Shown: positions 12,142-22,253, counted from the stretch's first letter. The stretch is DNA of 64,000 bases from an uncultured Clostridia bacterium (GCA_944384415.1 CALWTF010000009.1:30191-94190); one strand, 5' to 3'. A program made the numbers and translations. The notes: generated by a model from the sequence alone, not told the origin.

Positions 12142-12888
12142 ATGAAATATTTATTTGGAAATTGGAAAATGAATCAGACAATTTCTTTAATTGATGAATT
12201 TTCAAAAAACTTTAAAAAACAAAAGTTACCCAAAGATGTGAAATTTGCTATAGCAGTTCCTTTTCCTTATGTTCAATATTTGCAAAAAAAATTAAGAAAA
12301 AACTGTGAAATTGGTGTTCAAAATGTATGTTTTGCTGAAAAAGGTGCGTATACTGGCGAAATAAGTGTTAATATGTTAAATGATTTAGGGGTTAATTTTT
12401 GTCTTGTAGGGCACAGTGAAAGAAGACAAATTTTTAAAGAAACTAATGAACAAATTAATAAAAAAATTCAATTATTGTTGTCTGCAAATATTACACCAGT
12501 TTTATGTGTTGGTGAAACATTAAAAGAATTAAAAGCAAACAAAACAGAAGAAGTTTTAAAAAATCAACTTAATCAATGTTTATTAAATTTGCAAGGTGAT
12601 ACAAATAAAATTGTAATTGCGTATGAGCCTGTTTGGGCAATAGGTACAGGTAAAACAGCTACTGCTAAAGATGTTCAAAAAAATATAAAATTTATTAAAA
12701 AACATTTAATTAAAATAATGGGAAATACGGGGAAATGTATAAAAGTGCTTTACGGTGGAAGTGTAAAGCCTGAAAATGCGTTTGAACTTTTAAACAATGA
12801 AACTGTTGATGGTGCATTGGTAGGTGGTGCTAGTTTAAGTGCTGAAACATTTGTTAACATAGGAAAACAATTATCAGGGGTTAATTAA
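12142..12888 (+). CDS. tpiA: triose-phosphate isomerase
   Basis: GNWKMN, GHSERR, AYEPVWAIGTG, GGS motifs. Confidence 0.94.
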   Translation: MKYLFGNWKMNQTISLIDEFSKNFKKQKLPKDVKFAIAVPFPYVQYLQKKLRKNCEIGVQNVCFAEKGAYTGEISVNMLNDLGVNFCLVGHSERRQIFKETNEQINKKIQLLLSANITPVLCVGETLKELKANKTEEVLKNQLNQCLLNLQGDTNKIVIAYEPVWAIGTGKTATAKDVQKNIKFIKKHLIKIMGNTGKCIKVLYGGSVKPENAFELLNNETVDGALVGGASLSAETFVNIGKQLSGVN

Positions 12889-12889
12889 T

Positions 12890-14407
12890 ATGATTAAAAC
12901 AAAAAGTCCAGTTTTGGGTATTATTTTAGACGGTTTTGGTATTTCAGATATTGTTGAAGGTAATCCTGTTAAACATGCCAATATGCCATTTTATAAAAAA
13001 TTGATAAAAAATTATCCAACAACTCAAATGTATGCAAGTGAAGAATTTGTAGGTTTGCCTAAGGGGCAAATGGGAAATAGTGAAGTAGGACATTTGAATT
13101 TAGGTGCTGGTACATGTGTGTATCAAGATTTAATGAGAATAAATAATTCAATAAAAGATAAAACCTTTTATAAAAATGAAGTACTTCTTGAGCAATTTAA
13201 AAGAGCTGCAAAAAATAAAACTACAGTTCATATGATTGGATTAGTGTCTGATGGTGGAGTGCACAGCAGTTTTGAACATTTAATGTGTTTGCTTGATATG
13301 GCAAAACAGAATGGAGTGCTTAGTGTTAAAGTTCATTGTATAACTGATGGAAGAGATTGTGCTGTTGATTCTGGAAAAAATTTTGTTTTATCTGTTCAAG
13401 AAAAATTGACACAGTTAAATATTGGTAATGTGGCAACTATTTGTGGTAGATTTTTTGCAATGGATAGGGAAAACCGTTGGATTAGAACAGAAAAAGCTTT
13501 TAAAGCTATTGCTAATGGTTGTGGTGAGCAGGTTTGTGAAATTGAAAGAGTTTTTGAAGTTGAGTACGATAAGAAAACAAGTGATGAATTTTTACCTCCT
13601 TATGTATTAAATGGTTATAAGGGTATAAATAAAAATGATGAAATTTTATTCTTTAATTTTAGACCAGACCGTATGAGACAAATTGTAAGTGCTTTTTCAA
13701 ATAAAAATTTTTCAGAATTTAGTCGTAAGTTACCAAAAGTAAGATGTGTTTCTATGTGTCAATATGATGAAAAGTTAACAAATGTAAAAGTAGCATTTAT
13801 GCCTATGCATCCAAAACAAACACTTTCAAAATATTTGTCTGAAAAAGGTTTTGAGCAATTAAAAGTTGCAGAAACAACAAAATATGCTCATGTTACATAC
13901 TATTTTAATGGTGGAATTGAAAAGCCATACAAAAAAGAAAGTAGAATTTTAATTGAAAGTGAAAATGTTGATAATTTTGCTGATTATCCTCAAATGAAGG
14001 CTCCAGAAATTGCTAATGTTGTTATTGAAGCAATGACTGAAGAAAAATATGATTTTATATTAGTAAATTTTTCTAATTGTGATATGGTAGGACATACAGG
14101 AAATTATGAAGCTTGCATTAAAGCACTTGAAACCATTGATGAACAATTAGAAAAAATATGTGATACGGCTGATAAAATGGGGTATACTTGTATAATAACT
14201 GCTGACCACGGCAATATAGAAGATGAAAGACCAAAATCACAAAATTTAACAACTCACACATTAAATCCAGTTCCAGTTATAGTTACTAATCGTGGTTTTA
14301 AATTAAAAAAGGGAAAATTTGGGCTGGAAAGTTTTGCTCCTACAGTTTTAGATGTTATGGGGGTGGAGATACCAAAAGAAATGACAGGGCAAAGCTTAAT
14401 TAAATAA
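12890..14407 (+). CDS. gpmI: 2,3-bisphosphoglycerate-independent phosphoglycerate mutase
   Basis: ILDG.G, MGNSEVGHLN.GAG, SDGGVHS, ADHGN motifs. Confidence 0.94.
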   Translation: MIKTKSPVLGIILDGFGISDIVEGNPVKHANMPFYKKLIKNYPTTQMYASEEFVGLPKGQMGNSEVGHLNLGAGTCVYQDLMRINNSIKDKTFYKNEVLLEQFKRAAKNKTTVHMIGLVSDGGVHSSFEHLMCLLDMAKQNGVLSVKVHCITDGRDCAVDSGKNFVLSVQEKLTQLNIGNVATICGRFFAMDRENRWIRTEKAFKAIANGCGEQVCEIERVFEVEYDKKTSDEFLPPYVLNGYKGINKNDEILFFNFRPDRMRQIVSAFSNKNFSEFSRKLPKVRCVSMCQYDEKLTNVKVAFMPMHPKQTLSKYLSEKGFEQLKVAETTKYAHVTYYFNGGIEKPYKKESRILIESENVDNFADYPQMKAPEIANVVIEAMTEEKYDFILVNFSNCDMVGHTGNYEACIKALETIDEQLEKICDTADKMGYTCIITADHGNIEDERPKSQNLTTHTLNPVPVIVTNRGFKLKKGKFGLESFAPTVLDVMGVEIPKEMTGQSLIK

Positions 14408-14480
14408 TATACAAGTTTTTTAAAACATTTTAACAAAATTTGTAAACATTTACGCATTGATATTAATTATTTGTTATTAT

Positions 14481-14509
14481 TTGACTTTAATTTTTATAAA
14501 AGATATAAT
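14481..14509 (+). promoter_or_regulatory. near-consensus sigma-A promoter
   Basis: TTGACT (14481-14486), a 17-nt spacer, then TATAAT (14504-14509). It sits about 30 nt upstream of the small ORF at 14539. Confidence 0.6.
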
Positions 14510-14538
14510 CAAATTATAAAAATATGTAAGGTGTTAGT

Positions 14539-14769
14539 ATGTTTTTGCTTTTATGTGATTTTTTTAATACAATTATTAATACATTATTTCGTGATGTGCC
14601 ACCAGCATTAAAAGCTGTTTTGATTTTAGTTTTTTTAATGCTGGCATTCTTTAGTCTTGCAAAAACATTAAAAGCAAATTCAAAACCTGAAGAAATTCCA
14701 ATAAATGTTGGTTGGCTTTTACTAACAATTTTGTTCTTTGTTTTAATGATGTTATATATTTGGTTATAA
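14539..14769 (+). CDS. small two-TM membrane protein, unknown function
   Basis: AAGGTG RBS, its own consensus promoter, two hydrophobic helices, and a hairpin downstream at about 14776-14805. Confidence 0.5.
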   Translation: MFLLLCDFFNTIINTLFRDVPPALKAVLILVFLMLAFFSLAKTLKANSKPEEIPINVGWLLLTILFFVLMMLYIWL

Positions 14770-14825
14770 AATTTCAAAAAACTTTGATTTATGTCAAGGT
14801 TTTTTATTTGTTTTATTAAAATTAC

Positions 14826-14854
14826 TTGAAAATTTTTAGTTAATGTGTTATAAT
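14826..14854 (+). promoter_or_regulatory. sigma-A promoter with extended -10 for secG
   Basis: TTGAAA (14826-14831), a 17-nt spacer, then TGtTATAAT (TATAAT at 14849-14854). Confidence 0.6.
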
Positions 14855-14890
14855 GTTTTTTACTATATATTAACTAAACAGGGGGAGACT

Positions 14891-15208
14891 ATGAATTCTG
14901 CACTTGGTGTACTTGCATCAACCTTGCCACCATTTATTTCAACCGCAATTCCAGTGTTGCAAAAAATTTTTCTTGTTTTAATGGCAATTTATGCAATTAT
15001 TATAATTGTTTTAGTTTTATGTCAACCAAGCAATAGTGGAAATGGTGTTAATGCTTTAAGTGGAGCAACTGAAACATACTATGCGCAAAACAAGGGAAGA
15101 ACGAAAGAAGGTAGGCTAAAATTAGCAACCACTATATTTGGTATATTGATGGCAGTAACTACAATACTTTATTTCGTTTCGTTATACATCATTCCAATTC
15201 AAAATTAG
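14891..15208 (+). CDS. secG: preprotein translocase subunit SecG
   Basis: About 105 aa with two TM helices flanking a Gly/Asn-rich loop (QPSNSGNGVNALSGA). Lies upstream of rnr-smpB as in many Firmicutes. GGGGGAG RBS before the ATG at 14891. Confidence 0.75.
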   Translation: MNSALGVLASTLPPFISTAIPVLQKIFLVLMAIYAIIIIVLVLCQPSNSGNGVNALSGATETYYAQNKGRTKEGRLKLATTIFGILMAVTTILYFVSLYIIPIQN

Positions 15209-15212
15209 TATT

Positions 15213-15245
15213 AAAGGAAGGGGGTATAAACTCCTTCCTTTAAGT
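15213..15245 (+). terminator. probable terminator after secG
   Basis: aaaggaagg..-loop-..ccttccttt hairpin, but the T-run is short. Confidence 0.45.
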
Positions 15246-15278
15246 TTGTGAATGTAAAATAAAAATTAGGGAAAAAAT

Positions 15279-17378
15279 ATGAGTAAAATTTTAGAATATA
15301 TTGAAAATAATAATTTAAATTTTTTGCGACAACATGAAATATCAAAAGTTGTAAGCGATGCACTGGGTTTAAAAAACTCAGATGTTTTTACAGAAATAAC
15401 ACAACTTTTAAATGATGGTGAAATGGTTGTTGTAGGAGATGATAAAATAGCAACTAGTAAGGCTTTGAATTTAAAAAAGGGAGTATTAATAGGTAATCAT
15501 CGCGGTTTTGCTTTTTGCAAAGTTTATGGAGATGAAGGTGAAGATGTTTTTATACCACATATAAAGCTTAAACACGCATTAAATAAAGATATTGTGTTAA
15601 TTAAAACTGTAACAAAAGATGACAAGGTTGAGGGTGAAGTTGTAAAAGTTATTAAACGATATCAAGGTAATATAGTTGGTATTTATATGCCGATAGATGA
15701 TAAAACTGGTTTTGTACATCCAGATGATTCAAGAAATTTTAATGATATCTTTGTTACTAATGCTAAAAAGTTCAATATTAAAAATGGTGATAAAGTTGTA
15801 GTTAGAATAGAAAAGTTTGACTCAAAAGGCAAAAAACCTGCTGGAATTATAGTTGAAAACTTGGGAAATGAAGGCGCAAAAGGTGTTGATATTCTATCTA
15901 TAATTAGAGAGTATAATCTTTATGAAGAGTTTGATAGGGAAGTTGAAAATGAAGCTAAAAAGGTTCCACAATCAGTTGAACCAAAAGCATATGAAGGGCG
16001 AGAAGATTTTCGTGACTTACCAATAGTAACGATTGATGGTGATGATGCAAAAGATTTTGATGATGCTGTTAATGTTTGGAAAACAGAAAATGGAAATTGG
16101 GGATTAGGCGTGCATATTGCAGATGTTAGTCATTATGTTAAGCAAAACAGTGTGCTTGACCGTGAAGCTTATAAAAGAGGAACTAGTGCATATTTCCCAG
16201 AATTGGTTTTGCCAATGTTACCAGTAGAATTGAGCAATGGAATTTGTTCTCTTAATCCTGATGTTGACCGTTTAACACTTTCGGTTATTATGGAAATAAA
16301 CAATGAAGGAAAAGTTGTTTCGCATCGCATATGCAACAGTGTTATAAAATCTCATGCTAGAATGACATATAACAATGTTTATAAAATTCTTCAAGGTGAT
16401 GAAGAGTTATGCAATAAATACGCAGATTATGTTGAAAATTTTAAAATGATGGTTGAATTGCATGAAATTTTATGTAAAAAACGACAAAAAAGGGGTGCTT
16501 TAGATTTTGATTTACCTGAAAGTGAAATAACTTTAAATGAATTTGGACGAGTTATTGATGTTAGGTTGGCTGAAAGAAATGTTGCCCATCGTTTGATTGA
16601 ATCGTTTATGTTGGAAGCTAATGAAACAGTTGCTCAAGATATATGTGAACGAGGAAATATTCCATTTGTTTATCGAGTACACGAACAACCAGATAGTATG
16701 AAAATGGGCGAATTCTTTAATTTCTGTTCACTTTTAGGTGAACACATTGAGGGAACAGCAGATAAAGTAAAACCTAAACAACTTCAAAATTTATTAAATA
16801 AAATAGCAGACAAATCATATGCTCCTGCAGTTAATCAAGTTATGTTGCGTTCATTGCAAAAAGCCAGATATGCTAGTAAAAATTTAGGTCATTTTGGATT
16901 AGCTGCCGAATTTTATTGTCATTTTACTTCACCTATTAGAAGATATCCTGATTTAATGATTCACCGCATAATAAAAAATTGTGTTTTAAAACCAGCTGAT
17001 GAAGATAGGATTGAATTTTATCGTGATGCCGTAGAAGAAGCAAGTATTTTATCAAGTGAACGAGAAAAGCTTGCTGAAGTAGCAGAAAGAGAAGTTGATG
17101 ACCTTAAAAAAGCGGAATTTATGCTTGATAAAATTAATCAAGAATACACTGGAACTGTAAGTGGAATTACTACTTTTGGTGTGTTTGTATCTTTAGATAA
17201 TACAGTTGAGGGTATGTGTCCACTAGAAGAATTACCAGAAGATACATATATTGCCGTTGAAAAACAATATATGATAAAAGGAAAATCACACAGTTATCAA
17301 TTGGGGCAGAGGGTAAAAATTCAAGTTACAGCTGTAAATTTAAAGAAACATCAGGTAAGTTTTAAAATTTTGGATTAA
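15279..17378 (+). CDS. rnr: ribonuclease R
   Basis: RNB domain motifs (TIDG.DAKDFDDAV, HIADVSHYV, RGTSAYFP) plus a C-terminal S1 domain (YTGTVSGITTFGVFV). Confidence 0.93.
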   Translation: MSKILEYIENNNLNFLRQHEISKVVSDALGLKNSDVFTEITQLLNDGEMVVVGDDKIATSKALNLKKGVLIGNHRGFAFCKVYGDEGEDVFIPHIKLKHALNKDIVLIKTVTKDDKVEGEVVKVIKRYQGNIVGIYMPIDDKTGFVHPDDSRNFNDIFVTNAKKFNIKNGDKVVVRIEKFDSKGKKPAGIIVENLGNEGAKGVDILSIIREYNLYEEFDREVENEAKKVPQSVEPKAYEGREDFRDLPIVTIDGDDAKDFDDAVNVWKTENGNWGLGVHIADVSHYVKQNSVLDREAYKRGTSAYFPELVLPMLPVELSNGICSLNPDVDRLTLSVIMEINNEGKVVSHRICNSVIKSHARMTYNNVYKILQGDEELCNKYADYVENFKMMVELHEILCKKRQKRGALDFDLPESEITLNEFGRVIDVRLAERNVAHRLIESFMLEANETVAQDICERGNIPFVYRVHEQPDSMKMGEFFNFCSLLGEHIEGTADKVKPKQLQNLLNKIADKSYAPAVNQVMLRSLQKARYASKNLGHFGLAAEFYCHFTSPIRRYPDLMIHRIIKNCVLKPADEDRIEFYRDAVEEASILSSEREKLAEVAEREVDDLKKAEFMLDKINQEYTGTVSGITTFGVFVSLDNTVEGMCPLEELPEDTYIAVEKQYMIKGKSHSYQLGQRVKIQVTAVNLKKHQVSFKILD

Positions 17379-17466
17379 AAAATGCCTAAATTTCAAAAAA
17401 ATAAACTAAAATTTTGTAATTTTAACAAATATTTTGTGTTTTTTATTAATATTTTTATAAAGGGTA

Positions 17467-17495
17467 TTGAAAATTTTTAATAATTGTGATATACT
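17467..17495 (+). promoter_or_regulatory. sigma-A promoter with extended -10 for smpB-ssrA
   Basis: TTGAAA (17467-17472), a 17-nt spacer, then TGaTATACT (17490-17495). Confidence 0.55.
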
Positions 17496-17508
17496 CTAAG
17501 GAGTAGAG

Positions 17509-17958
17509 ATGAAAATCATAACTACTAACAAAAAAGCCCACTTTGAATATTTTATTTTGAAAAAGTTTGATGCTGGCATAAACTTGCAAGGAAGTGAGGT
17601 TAAGTCTGTAAGGGCTGGGTTTGTGAATATAAATGATTCTTTTGTGTTGTTTCGTAATGGAGAAGCTTTTATAAACAATATGTTTATAAAAAATTATGAA
17701 AAAACAGGCAACTTTAAACCTGACGAAAGAAGAACTAGAAAATTGTTGCTTCACAAATCTGAAATTATTTCACTTTCAAGCAAGGTTGCAGAAAAAGGTT
17801 TAACTGTTATCCCGTTAAGTGTTTATTTTGACAGAAAATTTGTTAAAATAGAAATTGGTTTATGTAAAGGTAAGCTGTTACACGATAAAAGGGAAACAAT
17901 TAAAAAGCGAGATGAAGAAAGAAGTTTAAAGCGAGAATTAAAAGCTAGTAAATTCTAA
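17509..17958 (+). CDS. smpB: SsrA-binding protein SmpB
   Basis: NKKA.FEY.I...F.AGI.L.G.EVKS.R motif and a basic C-terminal tail. Confidence 0.93.
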   Translation: MKIITTNKKAHFEYFILKKFDAGINLQGSEVKSVRAGFVNINDSFVLFRNGEAFINNMFIKNYEKTGNFKPDERRTRKLLLHKSEIISLSSKVAEKGLTVIPLSVYFDRKFVKIEIGLCKGKLLHDKRETIKKRDEERSLKRELKASKF

Positions 17959-17972
17959 ATAAACTTTTAAAC

Positions 17973-18374
17973 GGGGGCGTATTGGTTTCGACAGATAAAT
18001 GGTGTTTAAATTTGTCGCATCTCAGGTTCGGCTGAGTTAACAACGAAAACAAAAATAAACGCAGAAAACAATGCGAAAACTTATGCTATGCCTTCAACAA
18101 GTTTTGTTGCTGCATATGCATAAGCTGACTTGACCAAAGTCCTTTAAATATGGTTGGTTTTTCTTAGGCTTGCTTGATAGTACTGAGAAAAGTCTAAAAA
18201 TAAATCAAGCAACTTTAATATGATGCCTAGCTTATTAAAGTTTTATTTAGGCTAGTAGGTAAAGGTTTGTTGCTTTTTAAAATTTATCTATGAAATCTTA
18301 TAAAGCAAAAATGTGCGTAGTCAAATTTATTGACCTTTGTTTGGACGAGGGTTCAACTCCCTCCGCTTCCACCA
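17973..18374 (+). ncRNA. ssrA: tmRNA (SsrA)
   Basis: 5' GGGGGCGTATTGGTTTCGACAG and 3' GGACGAGGGTTCAACTCCCTCCGCTTCCACCA form the tRNA-Ala-like acceptor/T-arm. An internal tag ORF spans 18061-18123. The gene sits immediately after smpB. Confidence 0.92.
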
Positions 18375-18454
18375 ACCTAATTTAATTTTTTTGTAATAAG
18401 TTCAAATTGAACTTTTGTTATAGGTTTTCAATTAAATATAAGGAGCAAAAGATA

Positions 18455-19663
18455 ATGACATTTTTTGAAGTATTATTAAATATCTTAGCAATAGTTGGAA
18501 TTATAGTGCTTGGAGCATTAATAGTTTATTTTTTGGCTGTACTTGTTCTTTCAATTACAGGTAAAAATGAAAAAACAAAATCTGAATCTTCTAATAGTCA
18601 ATTTGGAAGACCAAAAGTTTTAGATTCAAATGAATTAGATGAAAATTATGGACTTGGTGGTAAAGTTGAAGAGAAAGTAGAAGAAGTTCAACAACAACCT
18701 TCACTTACTTACGAAGATAAATTTAAGTTTGATGAAGAACTTGAAAAAGAAAGAAAGGCAAAAATTGAAGAAAAGCGTAATTTAGAAGATGATTTTGATG
18801 ATTTTGATGACATTTTTAACACAGAAGAAAATGAGATTTTGTCAACTAACAATCAAGAATCAGATGAAGATGAGTTAAATGAGTTAATCGAAAAAATTAA
18901 TAAAGAATCTATTGAACAATATAAGCAAAATTTACAAAAAAATGAAACCAAGGCTGAAGCAGTTTCAGATCCAGAAATTAATCTATTTGAAGATTTAGGA
19001 ATTGAAGAAACTCCAGCTGAGGAAATCACTGAAGAAGAAGTTGTTGTAAAAACTGATGAAGAGCTTGAAAAAGAAAAAGAAGAAATTGAGCGACAAAAAG
19101 CAGAATTAGAGGAACAACGCAAAGCATTGGAAGAAGAGCGTCGCAAAATGGAAGAATACAAACAAGAAATAGCAAATTTAGAACAACAAGTTCAAGATAA
19201 AGATTCAAATTCTATGTACACAACATGGGGAATTGACCAACTTTATGAAAGATTGGAAGTATTGCGTGCTAGATTAAAAGCAAACGAAAAAGATTTAAAA
19301 GCTAACCGTAAAGAATACAATCCACTTGCTCGTGTTAAACGAGTGTTGGAAAAAGATAAAGAAAAATTACGCCGTAGAGAAGCTATTGTTGCTCGTAAAA
19401 AAGTTATTTTATATGGTGTAAATAACTATGTTGATATTGATGAAGAAAAAGCTAAAAAATTAAGTGAAGATTTGGATTTGCTTGACGGTCTTAGATTATC
19501 TGTTCAACATTGTGAAGAAGTTATGAATGCAAATAAAGATAGATTCCCAATATTAGAAAAAACAAACAGAATTTTGGTTGAAACTAATCAAAACATAAAA
19601 GATGATATTGCAGAAGTTGAAGCAGCTATTACTGCTCGTAATACAAATAATGATGAAATATAA
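18455..19663 (+). CDS. N-terminally membrane-anchored, highly acidic coiled-coil protein, unknown function
   Basis: AAGGAG RBS before the ATG at 18455. One TM helix (ILAIVGIIVLGALIVYFLAVLVLSI), then E/K/D-rich heptad-like sequence. Confidence 0.6.
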   Translation: MTFFEVLLNILAIVGIIVLGALIVYFLAVLVLSITGKNEKTKSESSNSQFGRPKVLDSNELDENYGLGGKVEEKVEEVQQQPSLTYEDKFKFDEELEKERKAKIEEKRNLEDDFDDFDDIFNTEENEILSTNNQESDEDELNELIEKINKESIEQYKQNLQKNETKAEAVSDPEINLFEDLGIEETPAEEITEEEVVVKTDEELEKEKEEIERQKAELEEQRKALEEERRKMEEYKQEIANLEQQVQDKDSNSMYTTWGIDQLYERLEVLRARLKANEKDLKANRKEYNPLARVKRVLEKDKEKLRRREAIVARKKVILYGVNNYVDIDEEKAKKLSEDLDLLDGLRLSVQHCEEVMNANKDRFPILEKTNRILVETNQNIKDDIAEVEAAITARNTNNDEI

Positions 19664-19666
19664 TTT

Positions 19667-19700
19667 AAAAAAGAGGTGTTTTTATACCTCTTTTTTCTTT
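19667..19700 (+). terminator. rho-independent terminator
   Basis: aaaaagaggt-loop-acctctttttt. Confidence 0.7.
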
Positions 19701-19758
19701 GTGTTTTTTTTAATTTTATGTTATTATGAATAATATATACTAAGTGAGGTATAGAACT

Positions 19759-20691
19759 ATGGGGTTTATGGATTGGTTTACTAATCTTTTTAAAGGTAGT
19801 AAAAAAAGAAAAGTTCTAAAAACTGCAATTGTTTTCAGCGGTGGTGGAACTCGTGGTTTTGCTTATATAGGTGTTATTAAAGCTTTGAGAGAGGCTGGAA
19901 TAGATTTTGATATGGTGGCAGGAACATCGGTTGGTTCTATAATAGGTGCTTTTTATGCTGCCGAAATTCCAGTAGATATTATGGAAGAACGGGCTTTAAA
20001 AATGAAGCAAAGTGATATATTTTCTTCAAAGCTTGTTTTTATTCCTAGTAAAACGGAAAAATTAGAAAGTTTTATTGCTGAATATTTAGGTAATAAAACT
20101 TTTGCAGACCTTAAAAAACCTTTTTGTGTGGTTGCTGTTGATATGAAAACAGGGCAAGAAATTCATATTCGTGAAGGAGAATTAGTAAAAGCTATAGCTG
20201 GTTCATGTGCTATACCTGGTGTTTTTACTCCTGTTGACTACGGAAACTATAGGCTTGCTGATGGTGGATTGTGTAATAATATTCCTGCTGATGCTGCCAG
20301 AGATATGGGTGCGGATATTGTTATATCTTTGGACATAAACCCTACCAGAGGATTTGGTACTGATAGTACAAAAACAACTGATTTACTTATGGCAAGTTTA
20401 CGAGTTTTAATGAAATCAAATGCAGTAAATGGTTATGTTCATTCTGACTATATTGTAAAAATAGATTTGAGCAAATTTAGTCAATTAAAAATTAAAGATA
20501 TGCAAGAACTTATACAAATTGGATACCAAGTTACCAAAGAAAATATACCACAGATTTTGCTTGCGCTTGGAAGGGAAGTTCCTGATGAAAGTATTAAACG
20601 AGTAAGTAGAAAAATTAAAGCTATTGAAAAGAAAAAGAAAAAGAAAGGCGAAACTTTTGAAGAAGATTTAGATAGATTAAATGATATATAA
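19759..20691 (+). CDS. patatin-like phospholipase
   Basis: GGGTRG oxyanion motif, GTSVGS nucleophile elbow, DGG catalytic Asp motif. Confidence 0.85.
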   Translation: MGFMDWFTNLFKGSKKRKVLKTAIVFSGGGTRGFAYIGVIKALREAGIDFDMVAGTSVGSIIGAFYAAEIPVDIMEERALKMKQSDIFSSKLVFIPSKTEKLESFIAEYLGNKTFADLKKPFCVVAVDMKTGQEIHIREGELVKAIAGSCAIPGVFTPVDYGNYRLADGGLCNNIPADAARDMGADIVISLDINPTRGFGTDSTKTTDLLMASLRVLMKSNAVNGYVHSDYIVKIDLSKFSQLKIKDMQELIQIGYQVTKENIPQILLALGREVPDESIKRVSRKIKAIEKKKKKKGETFEEDLDRLNDI

Positions 20692-20703
20692 AAGGAGGAA
20701 AAA

Positions 20704-22008
20704 ATGGGAAAAAGTGATTCAAAAAAAACTAGTAAAAAAACTACAAAAAAATCTAAGTTTGTTTTTTCAAAAACAAGAATTTTAATTTTTATGTTAATAT
20801 GTGCCCTTTTGGGTGGTTCAATGTTTTTCAGTAAACCAATTGAAGATAAAATAATGTCTTATTCTACTCACGGTGCGCAATTATCAAGTTATCAAACTGC
20901 ATTAAATAATGATTTTATAGTTCATTTTGTAGATGTTGGTCAAGGTGATTGTATTATGCTAGAATTACCTGATGGTAAAAAAGGTATTATTGATGCCGGT
21001 GATGATAACAAAGAAACAGAAGAACATTTGGTTGAATATGCAAAACAAAATGTTTTTGATGGAACATCAGATAATGTTTTTGATTTCTTAATTTTAACAC
21101 ACTCAGATTCTGACCATGTGGGAGGAATGGACGCTGTATTTGAAAATTTTGTGATAAACACCATTTATAGGCCAAAAATATTTTATAATAAAACACAAAA
21201 TGCAACTACTGCTCAAAGTGAATTAACTAATGATGAAACTGAAAGAGCTAATGAATTAGGTATTAATAAGCCTACAACTAAAAGTACAAATATATATTTT
21301 GAATTTTTAACACTTGCATATAGTGAAAAGGATGAAAATGGTTTAAACGCTCAGATTATATTTAGTGAAGCTGGTTTGGAAATTTCTGATGAAACAGCAG
21401 GATATAATATTAAATTTTATTCACCTAATAAAGATAGTTATAGTGATGTAAATGATTTTTCACCAATTATTATAGCAAGTTACAAAGATTATAGTATTGC
21501 ATTAACTGGTGATGCTGAAAAAGAAGTGGAAGAAGAAGTTTTAGAATTATATAAACTTCCAAATGTTGATGCCTTAAAACTTGGGCACCATGGTAGCAGT
21601 TCGTCTACAACACAAGCATTTTTAGAAGCTTTAGACCCAGAATACATATTTATAACTGTTGGTGCAGGTAATAAATATGGACATCCAACAGAAGAAGTTT
21701 TGAAGCGATTAGAAGATTATAATATTGGAACCAATATATTTAGAACTGACCAAAATGGTGATATTATATTCAGTGTAGGAAAACAAATAGCAAACAGTGA
21801 TTCAACAAATGAACAAACTGTTCAGGCTGATAGTGAATCTTATGGAATTTTAATTGCAATAAGTGAAGGTGATGGAGTTCTTTCATATATTAAATGGTGG
21901 CAGATTGTAAGTGTTATTTTAGTGATTTCATTCTTCTTGTGTTTTTTAACTAAAAAAGAAATTGAAAAAAAGGCAAAAAATGAAATCAAAAAAGCAATCA
22001 GCAAATAG
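20704..22008 (+). CDS. ComEC/Rec2-related metallo-beta-lactamase-fold membrane protein
   Basis: N- and C-terminal TM helices. VHFVDVGQGDCIML, THSDSDHVGG and LGHHGS motifs resemble the ComEC C-terminal MBL domain. Confidence 0.75.
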   Translation: MGKSDSKKTSKKTTKKSKFVFSKTRILIFMLICALLGGSMFFSKPIEDKIMSYSTHGAQLSSYQTALNNDFIVHFVDVGQGDCIMLELPDGKKGIIDAGDDNKETEEHLVEYAKQNVFDGTSDNVFDFLILTHSDSDHVGGMDAVFENFVINTIYRPKIFYNKTQNATTAQSELTNDETERANELGINKPTTKSTNIYFEFLTLAYSEKDENGLNAQIIFSEAGLEISDETAGYNIKFYSPNKDSYSDVNDFSPIIIASYKDYSIALTGDAEKEVEEEVLELYKLPNVDALKLGHHGSSSSTTQAFLEALDPEYIFITVGAGNKYGHPTEEVLKRLEDYNIGTNIFRTDQNGDIIFSVGKQIANSDSTNEQTVQADSESYGILIAISEGDGVLSYIKWWQIVSVILVISFFLCFLTKKEIEKKAKNEIKKAISK

Positions 22009-22048
22009 TTAAAATTTTGTCAAGCAATTTTTAGTATTTTAAATTTAT

Positions 22049-22088
22049 AAAAAACAAGATATGAAATTTCATATCTTGTTTTTATTCA
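22049..22088 (+). terminator. rho-independent terminator
   Basis: Perfect 12-13 bp hairpin aacaagatatga-aatt-tcatatcttgtt followed by TTTTATT. Confidence 0.8.
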
Positions 22089-22202
22089 TAATTATAAGCT
22101 AAACACAACTTATTTAAAGCCTTTAACTTGAATAAATATAAGCTTTTATGAATTATTATTTTTTTTGAAAAATTTTATTTTTGTGCAATTTGAACAAATA
22201 AA

Positions 22203-22253
22203 ACACAATATCTAGTATTTTATTGTATTTGCTTGACACAATATCTAGTATTT
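22203..22253 (+). promoter_or_regulatory. two tandem NrdR boxes overlapping the nrdD promoter(s)
   Basis: The identical 18-mer ACACAATATCTAGTATTT occurs at 22203-22220 and 22236-22253, 33 bp start to start. It matches the NrdR box consensus acaCwAtATaTwGtgt. TTGACA (22233-22238) and TTGAAC (22190-22195) are candidate -35 elements. Confidence 0.65.

Noticed and set aside
19759-20691. Patatin-like gene as a CBASS-type defence effector
   Set aside because: There is no adjacent cyclase, CD-NTase, SAVED or other sensor gene. The neighbours are housekeeping-like.
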